Shown here in pieces: positions 54,029-60,239 of a stretch of 64,000 nucleotides of DNA (position 1 is its first letter; each line of letters opens with the position of its first letter). Below the pieces are notes generated by a model. That model was not told where the DNA came from, did not search any database, and was given only the letters and a program-made list of their open reading frames with translations. The position numbers were made by a program, and so were the translations under genes. This stretch comes from Candidatus Eiseniibacteriota bacterium (GTDB taxonomy: Bacteria; Joyebacterota; Joyebacteria; Joyebacterales; Joyebacteraceae): positions 741-64,740 of the forward strand of contig JBDRFG010000033.1 of NCBI GenBank assembly GCA_043819135.1, read 5' to 3'.

Positions 54029-54345
54029 TCGTCGTGACCATCGACAGCATTCCAGGGAAGCGCGTGGTGAGGACGCTCGGCCTGGTCAAGGGGAACACCA
54101 TCCGGGCGCGCCACGTGGGCAAGGATATTCTGGCGGGTCTCAAGGGGCTCGTGGGCGGGGAGATTTCCGAGTACACGAAGATGGTCGCCGAGTCGCGCGA
54201 GCAGTGTCTTGACCGCCTGACTGAAGAGGCCGAGTCGCTCGGCGCGAACGCCGTGGTCGGCCTGAGATTCACCACGGCGAGCATGATGCAGGGCGCGGCG
54301 GAGCTCCTGGCTTACGGAACGGCCGTGCTCGTGGAAGAGGATTAG
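54025..54345 (+). CDS. YbjQ/UPF0145 family protein
   Basis: ATGA overlap with the anti-sigma stop. 106 aa. The family pattern is full-length (...LGLVKGNTIRARHVGKDILAGLKGLVGGEI..Y......R..........A...GANAVVGLRF...). Confidence 0.8.
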   Translation: MIVVTIDSIPGKRVVRTLGLVKGNTIRARHVGKDILAGLKGLVGGEISEYTKMVAESREQCLDRLTEEAESLGANAVVGLRFTTASMMQGAAELLAYGTAVLVEED

Positions 54346-54374
54346 GGGCGATTCGCGCGACCCGAGGAATGAGC

Positions 54375-54404
54375 TTGACCCAGCTACTCGAACGAGCGTA
54401 GCAT
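54375..54404 (+). promoter_or_regulatory. candidate sigma-70 promoter
   Basis: TTGACC-N18-TAGCAT upstream of the lipoprotein gene. Confidence 0.3.
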
Positions 54405-54551
54405 CGTGCATGTAGGGCGGTCCGGACGGTTCAGGCGCGGGAGTCATCACTGCTTGAGCGGGGCGCAGTCTCCTCTGCGGGGGCAGTGTCCCGCGTTCTT
54501 GTTCCGGGTCGGACGGGGTGTGAAGCGCGGGTCGAGACGGAGGGCCGAGCC

Positions 54552-55622
54552 ATGAAGGAGTGCGCGTATCTGCTGGCGGTCGCCATGATACTGACGGGGT
54601 GTGAGGGAACGGACCTCGTCGGGATCGATTCGGCCGACCCGGGACGGCCGTCGCTGCGCCCCCAAGAAGCCACAATGATTCCGATGTGCTCTTCCCTGTA
54701 CAGAATCGGTGGGACGCACGACCCCGACAGCCCGGACTACAATCCCAGCGTGGCAGACACGGCGCTCATGCACGTCCCGCACACGTTCGCCTGGAGCGGG
54801 CGGGACCCCGACGGCCTCTGTGACCCCCTCCTGTTCCGCCATCGCTTGGACGGGGACGCGTTCTCGGAATGGGCGCCCGACACAACGAGCACGATCGACG
54901 GCCTGGCGGACGGTGGCCACGACCTCGTCGTGCAGCCCGGATGTCCGGGTGCTCCCGGGATCGAGGACCAGTTCGGCTTCGTCGTCAACTTCGACCCTGA
55001 CAGCGAAATAGTCGAGCCGCCGGAAGAAAGTGGAACGCCGACGATTCGCGATGGAGACACGTTGTGGGTCAGAGTAGTCGCGTGGGACAGAGAGGAACTC
55101 GAGGGCGTCGGCGGCGGGATCGCGCAGGTCGTGGTAGAGATGGGCGAAGACGTGCTGACGTTCGTCCCTCCTGATGCCGCGGAGTGGTGGTGGAGTTCGA
55201 ACGCCGACCCGGCGAGCGGCCACTATATCGAGAGCCGGAATTCGCCACAGGGCGGCAACGCCCTCCATCTGATCCGCGTCAACGCTCTTGATGTGGATGG
55301 CCGGTGGGAGGAGAACGGGGAGTCGTACATGTTCTGGTACAACTTCCCGCCCACGGTCATTATCACATTCCCATCCGAGAGCGATACGCCCGGGAGCGAC
55401 TTCACGGTCTTGTTGGAAGGGAGCGACCCGGATGGGGAGGTCGCGTTGTTCCAGTACGTGCTCGACCCGGCGTACAACACCTACGAAACAACTGAGTCCA
55501 GCGAAATCTCCTTCGAGGACGTTGCGCCCGGCCCGCACGAGTTCCGCGTCCGGGCACAGGACGCGTCCGGATGCTGGTCGACCACGTGGTCGATTGTCAG
55601 TTTCACGTCGAATGACAGATGA
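54552..55622 (+). CDS. hypothetical lipoprotein with repeated beta-sandwich-like modules
   Basis: Frame of track ORF 54486..55622. ATG 54552 gives MKECAYLLAVAMILTGC (lipobox). There are three modules, each with a (R/S)DPDG / WDREELEG motif followed by a ...GxH.(F/L)xV(Q/R) strand. Confidence 0.6.
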   Translation: MKECAYLLAVAMILTGCEGTDLVGIDSADPGRPSLRPQEATMIPMCSSLYRIGGTHDPDSPDYNPSVADTALMHVPHTFAWSGRDPDGLCDPLLFRHRLDGDAFSEWAPDTTSTIDGLADGGHDLVVQPGCPGAPGIEDQFGFVVNFDPDSEIVEPPEESGTPTIRDGDTLWVRVVAWDREELEGVGGGIAQVVVEMGEDVLTFVPPDAAEWWWSSNADPASGHYIESRNSPQGGNALHLIRVNALDVDGRWEENGESYMFWYNFPPTVIITFPSESDTPGSDFTVLLEGSDPDGEVALFQYVLDPAYNTYETTESSEISFEDVAPGPHEFRVRAQDASGCWSTTWSIVSFTSNDR

Positions 55623-55634
55623 GCGTGAAGCGCC

Positions 55635-56954
55635 TCAGTGGTCGCAGACGTTCTGTCCAGTCTTGAGCGTACCGTCGAGATAGGACTGCGCGACCTCCTT
55701 CGGGTCGGAGCTTGGTGCGCCGACCACGACCTCGATGCCGGCCTGACAGAACAGCTCCTGCGCCCTGCCGCCCATTCCTCCTGCTATCACTACGTGCACG
55801 CCGCGCTCGCTGAGCCACGCGGGAAGAAGGCCAGGCTGGTGCGGCGGCGCCTCCAGGGCGGCCACCACTTCGGCTTCGTTCTCTCCGGACGACTCCTTCG
55901 GCGAGAAGATGACGAACTCCTCGCAGTGTCCGAAGTGCGCGGAGAGTTTCCCGCCGGTGACCGGGATTGCGATTCGCTGTCTCTCGTCGGCCGGCGAGTC
56001 TGCCGCGCCCGCGTTCGAGGGTTCGCCCGCCGGGCTGCTGCTGGTCTTCATGTCCATTATGTCCTCCTGATCAGTTTCGGTCTCAATGCGGTTAAGGACC
56101 GCGGACGCCGCCTTGGAGAAGGCCTTAGCGCCGGGGCTTCCGCCGGCAAGGAACGGGCCGAGCGCTCCCGCGTCGCACGCCGTGACGAACTCCGGATCTA
56201 TCGGTATGCTGCCCAGGAATGGCACGCCGAGCTCCTCGGCCATCGTGGCTCCGCCTCCTGCGCCGAAGACATCGACCCTCGTTCCGCAATCTGGGCACAC
56301 GAATCCGCTCATGTTCTCTATGACGCCCAGTATTGGCAGCTCGAGCTGTCTGGAAAATCCTATCGACCGCCGGACGTCGTTCGTCGACACCGCCTGCGGC
56401 GTCGTCACAATGAGGGCGCCGTCCGCTCCCTTAATGAGCTGCGCGACGGAGAGAGGTTCGTCTCCGGTTCCAGGGGGGCTGTCGACGATGAGGTAGTCGA
56501 GATCTCCCCACTCGACGTCGCGCAGGAACTGCTTGATGACGCCGTATTTCAGCGGCCCCCTCCATATGACCGCGTCGTCGCGCCCCTGCAGAAGCAGTCC
56601 CATGGACATCACGCTGACGCCTGTCGTCGAGACGACCGGCTGGATGGACCCCTCGGTTCCGATCACGCGCTCCCCCTCCACCCCCAGCAGGCGCGGAATG
56701 CTCGGGCCGTGTATGTCGATGTCGAGCACGGCCACGCTCTTGCCCAGGCCGGCCAGATGAACGGCGAGGGCCGCCGCGACGGAACTCTTGCCGACGCCAC
56801 CCTTCCCGGACAGGACGAGGATCTTGTGTTTGATGCGTGAGAGCCTGCGGGTCAGCTCCTTGTCCTCGGCAGGTTGATGCTTCTCCGTTTCCGAGCTATC
56901 GACCTTCGCGCCGGGTGTCGCCTTGATCTCGTTCCTGTTCTCACTTCCTCCCAT
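55635..56954 (-). CDS. Mrp/NBP35-family Fe-S cluster carrier ATPase fused to a C-terminal NifX/NifB-like (FeMo-cofactor-binding-type) domain
   Basis: Frame of track ORF 55635..57185. ATG 56954 follows GGGAGGA. Deviant Walker A LSGKGGVGKSS. Mrp CxxC box FVCPDCG. The C-terminal ~115 aa (IAIPVTGGKLSAHFGHCEEFVIF...VVIAGGMGGRAQELF) is NifX-like. Confidence 0.8.
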   Translation of the reverse strand: MGGSENRNEIKATPGAKVDSSETEKHQPAEDKELTRRLSRIKHKILVLSGKGGVGKSSVAAALAVHLAGLGKSVAVLDIDIHGPSIPRLLGVEGERVIGTEGSIQPVVSTTGVSVMSMGLLLQGRDDAVIWRGPLKYGVIKQFLRDVEWGDLDYLIVDSPPGTGDEPLSVAQLIKGADGALIVTTPQAVSTNDVRRSIGFSRQLELPILGVIENMSGFVCPDCGTRVDVFGAGGGATMAEELGVPFLGSIPIDPEFVTACDAGALGPFLAGGSPGAKAFSKAASAVLNRIETETDQEDIMDMKTSSSPAGEPSNAGAADSPADERQRIAIPVTGGKLSAHFGHCEEFVIFSPKESSGENEAEVVAALEAPPHQPGLLPAWLSERGVHVVIAGGMGGRAQELFCQAGIEVVVGAPSSDPKEVAQSYLDGTLKTGQNVCDH

Positions 56955-57019
56955 GCGGTCCTCCCGTTTGGGCGTGAGCCCGCTTTCGTCGGCGAGATAT
57001 CGACCCGCGCTCTTGCGCG

Positions 57020-57913
57020 TCAGAGGCCGAGCGTTTTGCTGACGGTGCTCCATAGCTGCGTGATCGCGGTTGCGGCGAGGCCCTCGGAGTGCTCGACTAC
57101 CGAGAGACCGTTTACCTGCGCCTCCGTGACCTCGTCGTCGTAAGGAATGCGTCCGGCCATCGGAATGTCTGAGTCCGCGCACCACTTTTCGATGCTCGCG
57201 GTAGCGTCAGGATTAATATCGTGTTTGTTGATGGACACGGTAACAGGGACACCCAGCTTCTTCGCAACGCCGGCGACCCGTTTCAAGTCGTGCAGCCCGG
57301 ACACCGTGGGTTCTGTGACCAGAAGTGCCAGGTCCGCGCCCGTGAGAGACGCTATGACGGGACAGCCTATGCCGGGAGAGCCGTCTATCAGCGACAGCGA
57401 GAAGTCCCGTTCTCTGGCCAGCGAGGCTGCCTTTGATCTCACTATGGTGACGAGCTTCCCCGAACTCTCCTGGCCTATGCCAAGGCGGGCGTGAACCAGT
57501 GGGCCCAACCGGGATTCCGAGACGGCCCATTCGCCGGTCATCGCGTCCTCCAGACGTATGGCGTCGGAGGGGCACGCGATGACACATGCGCCACATCCCT
57601 CACACGTCAGCGGGTCCACGGCATGGATCGTCCTTGCTGGGGCATCAGCGGGGTCCTTCAGGACGATCGCTTCGAACCGGCAGACCTCGGCGCACCTCCT
57701 GCACTGCATACACTTGTCTATATCGATGGCGGCCACCTTGCTGCCGTGGAAGACCTTCCACCTTGTCATCCTCGGGCTCAGAACGAGGTGAAGGTCGGCC
57801 GCATCGACGTCGCAGTCGGCGACGACCTTGTCTTCGCAGAGCGCGGCGAAGGACGCGACGATGCTGGTCTTGCCCGTGCCACCCTTCCCGCTCAGCACCA
57901 CCAGTTCTTTCAT
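57020..57913 (-). CDS. MinD/ParA-class P-loop ATPase with inserted 2x[4Fe-4S] ferredoxin domain (copy B)
   Basis: Start moved to ATG 57913 (ATGA overlap with the upstream gene's stop). LSGKGGTGKTS. CMQCRRCAEVC and CEGCGACVIACP. Confidence 0.8.
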   Translation of the reverse strand: MKELVVLSGKGGTGKTSIVASFAALCEDKVVADCDVDAADLHLVLSPRMTRWKVFHGSKVAAIDIDKCMQCRRCAEVCRFEAIVLKDPADAPARTIHAVDPLTCEGCGACVIACPSDAIRLEDAMTGEWAVSESRLGPLVHARLGIGQESSGKLVTIVRSKAASLARERDFSLSLIDGSPGIGCPVIASLTGADLALLVTEPTVSGLHDLKRVAGVAKKLGVPVTVSINKHDINPDATASIEKWCADSDIPMAGRIPYDDEVTEAQVNGLSVVEHSEGLAATAITQLWSTVSKTLGL

Positions 57914-58770
57914 GTGTTGGAAGGCTCCCTGGTCCATCCGATCACTTTGTCGACAAGGACGAGCATTGTCTCCCGAAATCCTGGGACGACCTTCGTAGGA
58001 AGGGTCCCGGTCGAGTAGGCCACGGCGACCGCGCGGCTGTTGGGGATCTCGAGCAGAACTTCCAGGTCCTCCCTCCGGCAGTAGTCCAGTGTGTCGGAGG
58101 TCCCTATGTCACATCGGTTGACGACGACACCGGCCGGAACGCCCAGTGCCCTCGCCGTGGCGACGGCGAGCTTCAGGTCGTTGAGTCCGAACGGAGTGGG
58201 CTCCGTAACGAGAAGGACCCTGTCCGTGCCGCGCATGGTCTCGACGGCGGAGCAGGCCGTCCCCGGGGGGGCGTCGAGAATCGAGATCCCATCCTCCGGC
58301 ACCGCCGCCTTGAGCGCGCGGACAATGGGAGTCACTGACTCTTCACCGACGGTCATCTCTCCCCCGATGAAGGAGAGGTCGCCGACGTGGCCCTCGCGGA
58401 TGATCCCCCTCTTCTGCGGTACCTCGATGATCGCGTCTACGGGACAAACGAGAGAGCACGCGCCGCAAGCGTGACACAACTGGGGAAACGTGGTCACCGA
58501 GTTGTTCAGGCATGCGAGCGCATGGAACTGACAGGTCCTGCAGCATTCACCACAGCCCGTGCACTTCTCCTCGTCGATGGCGACCACGCGCACCTCAACG
58601 TCCCGGGTGCGCCCAATCTTCGGCTGGAGGATCAGATGACCGTTCGGCTCCTCGGCATCGCAGTCGATGTAGGTGACCTCCTCGCCTGCCTCAGCGAGGA
58701 GAGACGCCAGGCACGTAGCAACGGTCGTCTTGCCGGTACCGCCCTTGCCGCTGGCGATGGCTAGCTTCAT
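57910..58770 (-). CDS. MinD/ParA-class P-loop ATPase with inserted 2x[4Fe-4S] ferredoxin domain (copy A)
   Basis: Start moved to ATG 58770 (AGGAGA upstream). ASGKGGTGKTT. CTGCGECCRTC and CHACGACSLVCP. Confidence 0.8.
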   Translation of the reverse strand: MKLAIASGKGGTGKTTVATCLASLLAEAGEEVTYIDCDAEEPNGHLILQPKIGRTRDVEVRVVAIDEEKCTGCGECCRTCQFHALACLNNSVTTFPQLCHACGACSLVCPVDAIIEVPQKRGIIREGHVGDLSFIGGEMTVGEESVTPIVRALKAAVPEDGISILDAPPGTACSAVETMRGTDRVLLVTEPTPFGLNDLKLAVATARALGVPAGVVVNRCDIGTSDTLDYCRREDLEVLLEIPNSRAVAVAYSTGTLPTKVVPGFRETMLVLVDKVIGWTREPSNT

Positions 58771-58834
58771 ACCGCTTGAGTTCTCCTTGGATTGCCGGGG
58801 AGGCTCCCGCATGGGGCCTCCCCGGTTCTTCTTC

Positions 58835-59230
58835 CTACTCGTCCTTGTCCGAACCAAGCTCGGTCAGACGCGACCTGGTCGCCTCAAGCGCTGCCGTGAG
58901 ATACTCGGCCTCCGCCCTGAGGGCGGCCGCCTCGTCTCCGGGCGTGAGAGCAACTGGCGGCGCGTAGCCGGCGGGTGGTGCGTAGCCGGCAGGCGGCCCG
59001 TAGGCCTGCGGGTAGGCCGCTCGGCCCCACCCGGGAACGCCCGTGGCATAGTAGCGGTGTCGGAAGCCTCGAGCGCCGCCGTATCCGCCACCGCCCTGTC
59101 CACCAGCTCGTCTGCCGGGACCGTATTCGGATGTCGCGTAGCCGGGAGTCGCATAGCCCGCGCAGTATCCGAGTCCTCTTCCTGTCATCGGTCCAGCGCC
59201 CATCGGTCCGCTTCTGTTTCCGCGTGGCAT
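58835..59230 (-). CDS. DUF5320-like protein
   Basis: N-terminus MPRGNRSGPMGAGPMTGRGLGYCAGY. Gly/Tyr/Pro-rich middle. C-terminal short coiled coil (EAAALRAEAEYLTAALEATRSRLTEL). This is the pattern I recall for DUF5320. Confidence 0.7.
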   Translation of the reverse strand: MPRGNRSGPMGAGPMTGRGLGYCAGYATPGYATSEYGPGRRAGGQGGGGYGGARGFRHRYYATGVPGWGRAAYPQAYGPPAGYAPPAGYAPPVALTPGDEAAALRAEAEYLTAALEATRSRLTELGSDKDE

Positions 59231-59299
59231 TTCAACCTTCCTTCTCCAGGCGTTCGCTCGCCCGGTTCCTGCCGGCAGCCGCGATGCGGCCGGCGGCGA

Positions 59300-59623
59300 C
59301 TAGTGCTCTTCCTTCTTGAACGCTTCGACGGCCTCCGCGACCGTGCCGCCGGTTCTCTCGACGATCCTAATGCCCGCTTGGGTGAGAACTCTCTCGGCGT
59401 TGGGCCCGCAGTGTCCCGTTATGACGGCCTTCACTCCGGAGTCGACGATCTTCTGTCCTGACGCGATTCCTGCGCCTGACGAAGCGTTGACTCCTACCGA
59501 GTTGTCCACTGCCCCGTGCTCGCCCGTCTCCGTGTCGACGATGACGAACCACCCCGCTCGTCCGAACCGCGGATCGAGTTCGCTCGTGAGCTCTCCACCC
59601 TGTGCTGTTACTGCGATCTTCAT
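59300..59623 (-). CDS. NifX/NifB-like (dinitrogenase FeMo-cofactor-binding-type) domain protein 2
   Basis: 107 aa. MKIAVTAQGGELTSELDPRFGRAGWFVIVD...VKAVITGHCGPNAERVL. ATGA overlap with the upstream gene. Confidence 0.8.
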   Translation of the reverse strand: MKIAVTAQGGELTSELDPRFGRAGWFVIVDTETGEHGAVDNSVGVNASSGAGIASGQKIVDSGVKAVITGHCGPNAERVLTQAGIRIVERTGGTVAEAVEAFKKEEH

Positions 59624-60027
59624 CCGTTCCTCCCCTGGGCGCCACCGCGCCCTCTGTGAGTTCTTCCGCGACCGCTACCTCGCCCGAGCCCTCCACAGCA
59701 GCCCGGCATCCTGTAGCGCGGTCTGTCGAGCCTGCCGGCGCTCAAGGCCTGGAGAATCTCCTCTACCTCGCCCGCGATCCACGGCTTGAGAGGCACGCCT
59801 GCGGCCGCGAGCATCTCGGCAAGAGGGCTGGACACCGCCCCGCAGACGAGCAGGTCCAGCTGCAGGCCTGCTATCCGGGCTGCCCGGAGGGGTAGACGCT
59901 GTGACTCCAGCGCCATCTCCTCGTGCAGCGCGCCCGCGGCAGCCCCGGTGTCCACGACGACGATGTGCTCAGCGGTGTCGAGGACGGGTGATACCCTGCC
60001 GTTCCATATGGGAATTCCGACTCTCAT
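59620..60027 (-). CDS. NifX/NifB-like domain protein 1 with Cys/Gly/Arg-rich C-terminal tail
   Basis: MRVGIPIWNGRVSPVLDTAEHIVVVD...LLVCGAVSSPLAEML, then the tail RYRMPGCCGGLGRGSGRGRTHRGRGG. Confidence 0.75.
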   Translation of the reverse strand: MRVGIPIWNGRVSPVLDTAEHIVVVDTGAAAGALHEEMALESQRLPLRAARIAGLQLDLLVCGAVSSPLAEMLAAAGVPLKPWIAGEVEEILQALSAGRLDRPRYRMPGCCGGLGRGSGRGRTHRGRGGAQGRNG

Positions 60028-60041
60028 GGCTCCCTGTCAAA

Positions 60042-60056
60042 GCATCGAGCGTGCCA
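60042..60056 (-). promoter_or_regulatory. sigma-54 (-24/-12) promoter of the NifX-like operon
   Basis: The minus strand reads TGGCACG-ctcg-ATGCT (consensus TGGCACG-N4-TTGCW, one mismatch). It is directly downstream of a sigma-54 EBP gene. The predicted TSS is only about 3 nt before the ATG. Confidence 0.55.
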
Positions 60057-60160
60057 GAGAGGACCCGGTGGCGGGCGATTGTACAAGTGTCTATTGTGTA
60101 GGTAGTTAGGCACGGATGAATCCGCGCACGGTCGGACGGTGGCACCGGCGGCGGATGCGC

Positions 60161-60200
60161 GCGTGCAACTTTCGATTGCCCTGTAGTGCAGAACTGCAAC
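60161..60200. promoter_or_regulatory. two TGCAAC-containing dyads (candidate EBP upstream activating sequences)
   Basis: TGCAAC-tttcg-aTTGCc (60164-60180) and aGTGCA-gaac-TGCAAC (60185-60200). They lie about 110-145 bp upstream of the -24 element. 13 of 16 nt are identical to the palindrome at 61658-61673. Confidence 0.45.
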
Positions 60201-60239
60201 CATGTCTTGACGCTGATTCTGCGGCCGTGATGGAGGGTC

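Noticed and set aside
56955-57185. N-terminal extensions of track ORFs: 55635-57185, and likewise 625-954, 41460-41744, 34099-34317, 24730-24807, 52824-52946, 53459-53590, 57914-57937 and 58771-58857
   Set aside because: The extensions are Arg/Gly-rich, lack homology, and overlap upstream genes or promoters. Internal starts with good SD sites coincide with the beginning of the conserved domain or signal peptide.
60139-60156. Plus-strand TGGCAC-cggcg-gcgg in the operon control region, and TGGCACGctccGGAG at 38684
   Set aside because: A -24-like box alone with no TTGC/-12 element at the right spacing, and the orientation does not face a gene start sensibly.
60187-60202. Second possible sigma-54 promoter on the minus strand, TGGTTGcagttCTGCA (GG-N10-GC spacing correct)
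   Set aside because: The -24 box is poor (GGTTG versus GGCAC). The sequence is better explained as one arm of the TGCA-N4-TGCAAC dyad that recurs as a perfect palindrome at 61658-61673. I kept it as a UAS, but a TSS about 12 nt downstream of it would revive this reading.
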